A DNA stretch of 63,422 bases, counting the filler, from Nemertoderma westbladi (lineage: Eukaryota; Animalia; Xenacoelomorpha): NCBI GenBank assembly GCA_032718475.1. It is 4 parts of 4 records of this genome, joined end to end, with 100 filler letters (N's around TTAATTAATTAA, not from the genome) between each part and the next. Parts side by side here need not be neighbours in the genome. Positions count along the whole stretch, not along the records: positions 17,933 to 39,943 come from JAUCBJ010007495.1; positions 40,044 to 58,768 come from JAUCBJ010002591.1; 2 more parts are not named here. One strand, written 5' to 3'. Below are positions 37,725-48,700 of the stretch, piece by piece. The notes under the pieces are model-generated. The model was given only the letters and a program-made list of their open reading frames with translations. It searched no databases and was not told where the DNA came from. The first letter of the stretch is position 1. Every line of letters starts with the position of its first letter. The translations under genes and the position numbers were made by a program.

Positions 37725-39943
37725 TAACGTTTACACCCCAAAATTAATTTGTACAACGACAGAACGATGGACAGATTGATTAGGCCTAGTCTTACTGTCT
37801 TCTGGTCTTAGCTCAATCAGTCAATGTAATACTTCTGTACTTGGAATATTTAGCAAAGTTTGCTCCGGGCTTCTGCAATATCAATTGCAGAAGCCGAACC
37901 GAACCGAAATTGCCAAACTTCGGCCCGAACCGAAGCCGAAGCTTCTGTTGAGCCCTAGTTATAGTAGTCTATAGGGTGGCGTGGCCTACAGGCTACAGCC
38001 TAACCCCACACTTATGCTCTCATCATTACATGTCAATTTTGACATGTATGTCAGTATGTCAATTTTAACATGAGAAAAACTTTTAAGTATTTATATTAAC
38101 TAAACGGCACGGTGAAAAAATTTCCGCACAGTCAAAAGTTTCTAATTTACTTAGGCCTATAATTTCGATTTTTATATTTAAAAAACACGTCTGGAAATAT
38201 TTGAATAGGTCAGGTAAAAAAATGTCAATATTGACATGTCCATGTCAATATTGACATGTCCATGTCAATTTTGACATGCCCCATCCTGGAGAAACTAGCT
38301 CTACATGTCAATATTGACAATGTGCCCGACTGTTGAATGCTAAATACTATAAAATTGAAATTGATAATAAATAATGAATTGATAATAAAATTGAAGCTGG
38401 GCACATAATGTGACCATTTTTTGTTTTTAATATTAATGATAGGCCTAGTTTTCCCAACGATGAGATTCTAATTCTCAAATTAATTTATACAGTATTCTAT
38501 GGCGATTCTAATGTCATAATTTTTAGAATGCCAATGTTAAAATTTCACTGCCTGTTTTCAAATGAAATTTAGCATTGTTTTCTACGGAGACATTTCACTC
38601 TGAGACTCTGACTGCTGACTCGCTGAGAGCGTTTTCCGCGGACACATTCTGGCTGTAAATTGGACAAATTTTGACCAGTGTTCCTGACTGTATTAGGCCC
38701 TATGCGGTACCGTATTTCTGTATTTGGCTATGCTGTGCCTGCACAGCTGCAGCCGTATACAGTCAGACAGTACCGGTACCGGTCTGCTGGTACCGCAGTC
38801 TGCAGCCTGGCAGTACTGCAGTACCGGTATCGAAATAATATAAACCTGTCTGCCGGTCCTTTCAGCCTTTAGGCCTACCAGTCAGCCAGTGACGACGTTA
38901 CCGGTACCTCACCTCTGCCGGTACTACAGACTACAGTAGGCCTACTGCATTGCACTTCGAACAGGCAGTAGGCAGACCAGACAGCCAGATTCAGACTACT
39001 GTCTGACTCTGACTGTACTGCGCTGTAACAGTCTGACAGTACCGCCGTCAGGCTGTCAGGCCGTACCGGCATTAGGGGTATTAATTCTGTAAAATTAGGG
39101 TACCCATTGCCCAGGGTGCAGGGTAGGCCTACCGGCAGACCGGTTCCGGTACCTTACCATACCAGGCATACCACACTACCGGTCTGCTCTCTGCTCTGCT
39201 GGCTGGTTGCAGTACAGCAGTAGTCCTACTGACTGACTGATGACTGACCAGTAGTCCAGTAGCCCGCTGACCGTTACATGGCTGCACTGTCTGACTAAAT
39301 ATTTCATCTGTCTGTCTGCAGTCTGTATGCTGTAGGTTCAAACAATCAGACAGTCAGACATTACAGCATTAGCTAGTAATAGCAGCTACCGGTCAGCCGG
39401 TGACCGGTACAACTGTAGAACAGTAGAAGCCTAGTTTCTATAATTATTGAGGTATGCCTACAGCAGTACAGCTGTACAGACGACAGAGGTAGATTAAGAT
39501 ATTTCTCTATTAGGCCTACCTGCCTACTGCTGTACTGCATAGTAGCTTAGCTACCGGTACAGCCAGACAGCTGCACTGCAAACTGCAACAGTTACCGTAT
39601 AATAACAGAGAATGCAGTAATCAGTAATGTACAGTACTGAAATAAAATGTCTACAATGTGACCGACCGCCGGAATTCAAATCTGCCTCCAATTTAATCAT
39701 ATTTCGGTTATTTAGGATTTCCCTTAAATAATTTATGGTCAAAAATTTGCAATTTCTGGTGAAAATATACAAGATGTCATAAAGCCACAGGCCATAAAAT
39801 AATTATGGTGAAACGCCTAATGTTATTTATGAAAACTTAACTTAATCATACGGTGAAATTTATTCGTGATTATGTTAAGGTGATTTACCATATAGAATAC
39901 GGCCAATTTATGTGGCATTAACTAAGGTAAGGTAGTTCACTGA

Positions 39944-40043
39944 NNNNNNNNNNNNNNNNNNNNNNNNNNNNNNNNNNNNNNNNNNNNTTAATTAATTAAN
40001 NNNNNNNNNNNNNNNNNNNNNNNNNNNNNNNNNNNNNNNNNNN
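39944..40043. other. Artificial contig linker
   Basis: N-run, TTAATTAATTAA, N-run. Confidence 0.97.
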
Positions 40044-40177
40044 TCAATTTTATATAATATAAATAAATTACGAATTGTTTTAATAAAATGTTTAAAAGAA
40101 AGAATGTCACAGAGTAACAAGTTTTCAAATATTAGACTGGCAGATAGACTGATTGACATACTCGGGGTTGAAATAGT

Positions 40178-41674
40178 GGTACCTGGATGTAACGCTCGTT
40201 AATTTCGTGGCTCGACTGACCCAAACTACTGTACCTGGATGTAACGCTTGTTAATTTCGTGGCTCGACAGACCCAAACTACTGTACCTGGATGTAACGCT
40301 CGTTAATTTCGTGGCTCGACAGACCCAAACTACTGTACCTGGATGTAACGCTCGTTAATTTCGTGGCTCGACAGACCCAAACTACTGTACCTGGATGTAA
40401 CGCTTGTTAATTTCGTGGCTCGACAGACCCAAACTACTGTACCTGGATGTAACGCTCGTTAATTTCGTGGCTCGACAGACCCAAACTACTGTACCTGGAT
40501 GTAACGCTCGTTAATTTCGTGGCTCGACAGACCCAAACTACTGTACCTGGATGTAACGCTCGTTAATTTCGTGGCTCGACAGACCCAAACTACTGTGCCT
40601 GGATGTAACGCTCGTTAATTTCGTGGCTCGACAGACCCAAACTACTGTACCTGGATGTAACGCTCGTTAATTTCGTGGCTCGACAGACCCAAACTACTGT
40701 ACCTGGATGTAACGCTCGTTAATTTCGTGGCTCGACAGACCTGGATGTAACGCTCGTTAATTTCGTGGCTCGACAGACCCGAACTACTGTACCTGGATGT
40801 AACGCTCGTTAATTTCGTGGCTCGACAGACCCAAACTACTGTACCTGGATGTAACGCTCGTTAATTTCGTGGCTCGACAGACCCAAACTACTGTACCTGG
40901 ATGTAACGCTCGTTAATTTCGTGGCTCGACAGACCCAAACTACTGTACCTGGATGTAACGCTCGTTAATTTCGTGGCTCGACAGACCCAAACTACTGTAC
41001 CTGGATGTAACGCTCGTTAATTTCGTGGCCCGACAGACCCAAACTACTGTACCTGGATGTAACGCTCGTTAATTTCGTGGCTCGACAGACCCAAACTACT
41101 GTACCTGGATGTAACGCTCGTTAATTTCGTGGCTCGACAGACCCAAACTACTGTACCTGGATGTAACGCTCGTTAATTTCGTGGCTCGACAGACCCGAAC
41201 TACTGTACCTGGATGTAACGCTCGTTAATTTCGTGGCTCGACAGACCCAAACTACTGTACCTGGATGTAACGCTCGTTAATTTCGTGGCTCGACAGACCC
41301 AAACTACTGTACCTGGATGTAACGCTCGTTAATTTCGTGGCTCGACAGACCCAAACTACTGTACCTGGATGTAACGCTCGTTAATTTCGTGGCTCGACAG
41401 ACCCAAACTACTGTACCTGGATGTAACGCTCGTTAATTTCGTGGCTCGACAGACCCAAACTACTGTACCTGGATGTAACGCTCGTTAATTTCGTGGCTCG
41501 ACAGACCCAAACTACTGTACCTGGATGTAACGCTCGTTAATTTCGTGGCTCGACAGACCCAAACTACTGTACCTGGATGTAACGCTCGTTAATTTCGTGG
41601 CCCGACAGACCCAAACTACTGTACCTGGATGTAACGCTCGTTAATTTCGTGGCTCGACAGACCCAAACTACTGT
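40178..41674. repeat. 52-bp highly homogeneous tandem array, ~29 copies
   Basis: GTACCTGGATGTAACGCTCGTTAATTTCGTGGCTCGACAGACCCAAACTACT; one shortened unit near 40740. Confidence 0.97.
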
Positions 41675-42646
41675 GACACTATCTGTTTCAAATTTGTATA
41701 AAAATTAGGGAAAGGTGTACCGTTTAGATAAATTACAACATTATATTCCAAGAGAAAAGTAAAAAAACGCCTTTAACTGCGTCGCCCATTAATAGAGGTG
41801 ATGTAAAAAAAAGTAATGATTTTCTAACATAATAGGATAAACAGTAAAAAAGGATAAATATTGATTTGGTTGCAGCATTGAAGTTATCAATAATATATAT
41901 AAAGAGGTAATTAAATAAACTGAAAGACGTGATATAAAGTAATTCGACCTGCACTTTGGGGCGATGCGGGCAGACATAGTTAGAGAGCACATATAGATTA
42001 CAACGTTCCAGAACATAAAATTGGCAACAAATAAACACAGATATAAACAAAAGATATATTATAACCAATTTATTTGTTAATTTATATTTTTTAACATATT
42101 TTTAAACGTTGTTACAGGAATAAAAGACTTTATTCCTAAATTACGAATTACATTACAACTGATTACGAAACAATATTATATGAGATGGTGTAAATAAGCA
42201 ATTACTGAAATCAACAACTGAATTTATATGGTAAACTGAAACTTGTTGGTGTAACTAAATTTCAGTGAGTTCAGTCCTACAAGTTGTACATTAAATAGGC
42301 ATAAATAATTTCAATTGTAAGATTAAAGAAACAGCAAATATTATTATAAACATCTTTTACCCATATAAGGCAAAATTATATTAAGTAAAAAAACCCAATC
42401 ACATACCGGTACCAAAAATTACAAATTGAATGTAAAAAATTTCAATAACTAATGATGAAACAACCATGAAGTAAATCCATCCCCAGTCACTATAATTGAT
42501 TTAAGTAACCCACAATAATGGGGGTAATATGTGGGTTACTAAAATTACCATGTATAGTTATATTTTTATGCTTAATATATACTAGAAGCCAGCTCAAGGT
42601 CAAAGGTATTAAGAATAGGTATGAATTAGGAAAGTGTATGGCTGAC

Positions 42647-43010
42647 CGCGCTATGTGGCTGGGGTCCGCCGGCAGGGGGCGCTATGTGGCTTGTTTCCGC
42701 CGGCAGGGGGAGCTATGTGGCTGGGGTGCGCCGGCAGGGGGCGCTTTGTTGCTTGGGTCCGCCGGCAGGGGGCGCTATGTGGCTGGGGTCCGCCGGCAGG
42801 GGGCGCTATGTGGCTGGGGTCCGCCGGCAGGGGGCGCTATCTTGCTTGAGTTCGCCGGCAGGGGTCGCTATGTTGCTTGGGTTCGCCGGCAGGGGGCGAT
42901 ATGGTGCTGGGTCCACCTGCAGGGGGCGCTATGTTGCTGGGTTCGCCGGCAGGGGGCGCTATGTTGCTGGGTCCGCCGGCATGGGGCGCTACGTTGTTGG
43001 GTCTGCCGGT
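42647..43010. repeat. 31-bp GC-rich tandem repeat, ~12 copies
   Basis: GCTATGTGGCTGGGGTCCGCCGGCAGGGGGC at 42650, 42681, 42712 and onward. Confidence 0.92.
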
Positions 43011-44812
43011 ACTACACCTTGGTGGAAGCCGATCATTATCAATTAAGAAAATGAATATATTGTTATAAAGCACCAAAAACTAATACCGTATTTACTCGAA
43101 TATGAGCCCACCCTCGAATTAACGCCACCGTTACCATCAAATTAACAACTTAAACGCCTTCCCCGAATAAACGCCCCGGCGTTTAATAATATTACAATGT
43201 GCGGTCGTTAACATTGTTGAGAGTTAACTGATTGTTAAGATTGAAGGTAACTGAGTAGTAGATTGCCTGAAGTATTGGATGCTCCGTCGTTCTGTCCAAT
43301 TTTTACTAATGTGATTAATTTTAATAATAATTGTGTTCTGTGCTGCCCTAAATGCCCCCTGATTGATTAGTTCCGGTTGGCATTGCGTGTAGAATTACGA
43401 TGCTTCCCAATACGTAAGGGGACTGCTGGTTCTCCGATATAATTCTCAACATTATGGCTGCAAGAAGATTATTTTAATTCATAAACTACTTTGCTAGTGG
43501 CGCAAGCCTTGGCTCAGTGGTTGCTATAGTGTACCATGGGGTACTCCCAAGGTATGGTCATGGGGTTCCCTTACGGATATACCGAACGTTTTAAGGTTGG
43601 GACCTAGTCTTGGGAGTTAAAGTGTCGTTAAGTGTTACTTTAAGGCACTCAAGGTTGTAACCGATAGTTTACACAAATAGACGGATACATACATACAAAC
43701 AGATACAACCTCAATTACAGACAATAACCACCTATAGCCACAGAACATAATTAAGTTTTTCATAAATATCAAATCCGCCACATTTGTACATAATAAAGTC
43801 TGCGCCCATTTGAAGAATACAAGGATTTCACTTTTCGGTCGACTTTTTATTGGAATTTTATATATGAAGATTTTTTATTTTTTTTAATTTATCTTTATTA
43901 AGTGTTTTATAGCGCTTATTTCTGTCTTATAACCTGTACATATACTAATTCGTTTATTGTTTTGGTTAGATTCAGCCCTTCTGTAACCTGTGTTTTTGGT
44001 GAAAACCTGTATTCTTCACATGGGGGTAACTGAACTGTAAAGTGAAATATAACGGCAGAAAGTCTGGTATTCTTCACATGGGCCAAAGTCTGTCGTTTGA
44101 ATCAATTCATACAATAGGATAGAAAGTACAAATATAAATAGTTGGATACCCTGAGGAATATTGCCGTCAATTAAAAAAACAACATTTAAAAAACAATAAA
44201 AGGGAGGAATAATTGGCAATAATTATTTCCGCGAACTTTGTATTTCGGGATGTTTCAATGTTTACAACCGATAAATATTTAATGTTAATCTCATCTGGAA
44301 CTAAATTACAATTATACACAATTATTATTTAGCTTGATTTACTAAAACTTGTATAAAACTAGTGAATTCTAACATATTGTGCAGCAGTAAGAGCAAATAC
44401 GGGAAAAATTATATTAAAAAAAAACTAAAATGTGGCGTATGAGAAGTTAATTAAACAATTAGTAACCCCAATGATTTAATAATTAATTACATATTATTAA
44501 TAACCAATTTTCTAACTTTTAAAACAAATAATAATAACTTACAAACTATTGGCTTCTTATATAATAAAATTATAAACAATATTATAAATAAATAAATAGG
44601 ATTCCCTATGGCTCTTCTAAGCATTTCATCATCTCTAAATATAGACCTATTAGACGGTTATTAACTAATAAATTGCAACATAATTAGATGTTCGTTTGAA
44701 TATAAGTTAATACAAAACTAATCTAAAAGGAATAAAACCAACAAGCAGCTACAATCATTTAAAAAATTAACCAGTCGCTAACAAAATAATGATGACACAA
44801 TAACAGGCTATG

Positions 44813-45149
44813 TAAGGGAGGCGTTCCGTTCATATAGAATGTGTCACGTAGAGTTTCGGTTAAAAATGGTTAAAAATGGTAACTTAATTAATTATAATAA
44901 CAATCCCTTTAAATTATGTTTATTATTATTATTATTATTAATTAATTAATTAACAACCTGTGCCAGGTAAACGGGGTAAAAGAGGTTTCTAGAACACTGT
45001 ATATATAAGTTGAAACATAGGTACCGGGTTCGAGCCCCACTCGGGTCTATTTGTATTTTTCGCTATGGAGAGCATTTACAATATTTCCTAAATTATTATC
45101 AATATATATAATATCTCCCCCAACTAGTGACATGCGAAACGCCCCCTTA
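44813..45149. mobile_element. Possible PIF/Harbinger-like MITE downstream of the FLOT2 stop codon
   Basis: TAAGGGAGGCGTTCCG is an imperfect inverse of CGAAACGCCCCCTTA. Confidence 0.4.
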
Positions 45150-45258
45150 GTAATAAATTAATTAATATAAATTATTTAACTTCTAATATTAATAATATTA
45201 GTAAAATTATATAATAATCGACTAACACCATATCGATTACGTCATGTCTATATATAAC

Positions 45259-45686
45259 TCAGACTTTACTACTCATGACCTTAGCGATGTACCCGGACAC
45301 ATCGACCCCGGTGAGCGCGCTCACGGCCGGGGGCAGTTCCCCCAGCAACCGGTTCACCTCCCCCCCGACCCCCGAGCCGCCGCCTCCCCCCAGTATAACG
45401 ATCTCGTCTACCCGCCGTAGCGGCCCGGCCACTTCGGCCGCTATCTGGGGCATCGACTCCAGCACCATGGCCGCCTTGGCCGCCGCCCCGTAGCGCATGT
45501 AGGCCGCGGCCTTGGCGCGCATTCTCTCGGCCTCCGCCTTCCCTACCACCTCTATGGCCGACGCCTCGGCCCCGCCCTCCAGCACCGTTCGCCGCGCGTC
45601 CGCCCTCGCCAGCTCCACTGTCTGGGTCCGTCTACCGGCCGCCAGCACCTCCACCTTGTAACTCTCCGCTTCCGCTGGAAGTTTAA
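45259..45686 (-). CDS. FLOT2: Flotillin-2 (reggie-1), terminal coding exon (partial gene)
   Basis: Acceptor TTTTTTATTGTTTTTGTAG|TT, then KLPAEAESYK...GKAEAERMRAKAAAYMRYG...PQIAAEVAGPLRRVDEIVIL...EVNRLLGELPPAVSALTGVDVS, which matches the FLOT2 C-terminus. Confidence 0.93.
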
Positions 45687-45760
45687 CTACAAAAACAATA
45701 AAAAACTCGTATAAAAAAATATGTGATTTCTATGAAAGTAACTAAGTAAAAAATTACTAT

Positions 45761-48700
45761 TTACTATTTATCTCCAGTTCCCACTCTCCCCTTACCCACC
45801 AGTAGCTGTAAGTTCTTTCTCTTTACTATTTATCTCCTGTTCCCACTCTCCCCTTACCCACCAGTAGTTGTAAGTTCTTTCTCTTTACTATTTATCTCCT
45901 GTTCCCACTCCCCCCTTACCCACCAGTAGCTGTAAGTTCTTTCTCTTTACGAGTTATCTCCTGTTCCCACTCTCCCCTTACCCACCAGTAGCTGTAAGTT
46001 CTTTCTCTTTACTATATCTCCTGTTCCCACTCTCCCCTTACCCACCAGTAGCTGTAAGTTCTTTCTCTTTACTATATCTCCTGTTCCCACTCCCCCCTTA
46101 CCCACCAGTAGCTGTAAGTTCTTTCTCTTTACTATTTATCTCCTGTTCCCACTCCCCCCTTACCCACCAGTAGCTGTAAGTTCTTTCTCTTTACTATTTA
46201 TCTCCTGTTCCCACTCCCCCCTTACCCACCAGTAGCTGTAAGTTCTTTCTCTTTACTATATCTCCTGTTCCCACTCTCCCCTTACCCACCAGTAGCTGTA
46301 AGTTCTTTCTCTTTACTATATCTCCTGTTCCCACTCTCCCCTTACCCACCAGTAGCTGTAAGTTCTTTCTCTTTACTATATCTCCTGTTCCCACTCCCCC
46401 CTTACCCACCAGTAGCTGTAAGTTCTTTCTCTTTACTATATCTCCTGTTCCCACTCTCCCCTTACCCACCAGTAGCTGTAAGTTCTTTCTCTTTACTATA
46501 TCTCCTGTTCCCACTCCCCCCTTACCCACCAGTAGCTGTAAGTTCTTTCTCTTTACTATATCTCCTGTTCCCACTCTCCCCTTACCCACCAGTAGCTGTA
46601 AGTTCTTTCTCTTTACTATATCTCCTGTTCCCACTCCCCCCTTACCCACCAGTAGCTGTAAGTTCTTTCTCTTTACTATCTATCTCCTGTTCCCACTCCC
46701 CCCTTACCCACCAGTAGCTGTAAGTTCTTTCTCTTTACTATTTATCTCCTGTTCCCAATCTCCCCTTACCCACCAGTAGCTGTAAGTTCTTTCTCTTTAC
46801 TATTTATCTCCTGTTCCCACTCCCCCCTTACCCACCAGTAGCTGTAAGTTCTTTCTCTTTACTATTTATCTCCTGTTCCCTCCCCCCCCTTACCCACCAG
46901 TAGCTGTAAGTTATTTCTCTTTACTATTTATCTCCTGTTCCCAATCTCCCCTTACCCACCAGTAGCTGTAAGTTCTTTCTCTTTACTATTTATCTCCTGT
47001 TCCCACTCCCCCCTTACCCACCAGTAGCTGTAAGTTCTTTCTCTTTACTATTTATCTCCTGTTCCCAATCTCCCCTTACCCACCAGTTTAGCTGTAAGTT
47101 CTTTCTCTTTACTATTTATCTCCTGTTCCCACTCCCCCCTTACCCACCAGTAGCTGTAAGTTATTTCTCTTTACTATTTATCTCCTGTTCCCTTCCCCCC
47201 TTACCCACCAGTAGCTGTAAGTTCTTTCTCTTTACTATTTATCTCCTGTTCCCACTCCCCCCTTACCCTCCAGTAGCTGTAAGTTCTTTCTCTTTACGAG
47301 TTATCTCCTGTTCCCACTCTCCCTTACCCACCAGTAGCTGTAAGTTCTTTCTCTTTACTATTTATCTCCTGTTCCCACTCTCCCTTACCCACCAGTAGCT
47401 GTAAGTTCTTTCTCTTTACTATTTATCTCCTGTTCCCACTCTCCCTTACCCACCAGTAGCTGTAAGTTCTTCCTCTTTACGAGTTATCTCCTGTTCCCAC
47501 TCTCCCCTTACCCACCAGTAGCTGTAAGTTCTTTCTCTTTACTATTTATCTCCTGTTCCCACTCTCCCCTTACCCACCAGTAGCTGTAAGTTCTTTCTCT
47601 TTACTATATCTCCTGTTCCCACTCCCCCCTTACCCACCAGTAGCTGTAAGTTCTTTCTCTTTACGAGTTATCTCCTGTTCCCACTCTCCCTTACCCACCA
47701 GTAGCTGTAAGTTCTTTCTCTTTACTATTTATCTCCTGTTCCCACTCTCCCTTACCCACCAGTAGCTGTAAGTTCTTTCTCTTTACTATTTATCTCCTGT
47801 TCCCACTCTCCCTTACCCACCAGTAGCTGTAAGTTCTTCCTCTTTACGAGTTATCTCCTGTTCCCACTCTCCCCTTACCCACCAGTAGCTGTAAGTTCTT
47901 TCTCTTTACTATTTATCTCCTGTTCCCACTCTCCCCTTACCCACCAGTAGCTGTAAGTTCTTTCTCTTTACTATATCTCCTGTTCCCACTCCCCCCTTAC
48001 CCACCAGTAGCTGTAAGTTCTTTCTCTTTACGAGTTATCTCCTGTTCCCACTCTCCCCTTACCCACCAGTAGCTGTAAGTTCTTTCTCTTTACTATTTAC
48101 CTCCTGTTCCCACTCCCCCTTACCCACCAGTAGCTGTAAGTTCTTTCTCTTTACTATTTATCTCCTGTTCCCACTCTCCCCTTACCCACCAGTAGCTGTA
48201 AGTTCTTTCTCTTTACGAGTTATCTCCTGTTCCCACTCTCCCCTTACCCACCAGTAGCTGTAAGTTCTTTCTCTTTACTATATCTCCTGTTCCCACTCCC
48301 CCCTTACCCACCAGTAGCTGTAAGTTCTTTCTCTTTACGAGTTATCTCCTGTTCCCACTCTCCCCTTACCCACCAGTAGCTGTAAGTTCTTTCTCTTTAC
48401 TATATCTCCTGTTCCCACTCCCCCCTTACCCACCAGTAGCTGTAAGTTCTTTCTCTTTACTATTTATCTCCTGTTCCCAATCTCCCCTTACCCACCAGTA
48501 GCTGTAAGTTCTTTCTCTTTACTATTTATCTCCTGTTCCCACTCCCCCCTTACCCACCAGTAGCTGTAAGTTCTTTCTCTTTACTATTTATCTCCTGTTC
48601 CCAATCTCCCCTTACCCACCAGTAGCTATAAGTTCTTCCTCTTTACGAGTTATCTCCTGTTCCCACTCTCCCCTTACCCACCATTAGCTGTAAGTTCTTT

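Larger units (their letters stand above)
30096..39943 (-). mobile_element. Animal-type CACTA (CMC-EnSpm) DNA transposon, potentially autonomous; right TIR lost at the gap
   Basis: Starts CACTGTAAAAAA. Subterminal TTCACCATA/TATGGTGAAA repeats at 30100-30450 and 39730-39940. Encloses two co-oriented genes. Confidence 0.85.

Noticed and set aside
37152-37747. Cys/His- or Ala/Ser-rich repeat proteins
   Set aside because: The 12-bp repeat is open in several frames on both strands
40178-41674. CRISPR-like array
   Set aside because: Units are identical end to end with no unique spacers, there are no cas genes, and the context is eukaryotic. The same applies to the 62-bp array
42518-43076. Gly/Arg-rich ORFs
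   Set aside because: Products of the 31-bp GC-rich repeat
46194-46649. 151-aa repeat ORF
   Set aside because: Arises from a run of 60-bp deletion-variant units, in a non-FLOT2 frame and without ATG
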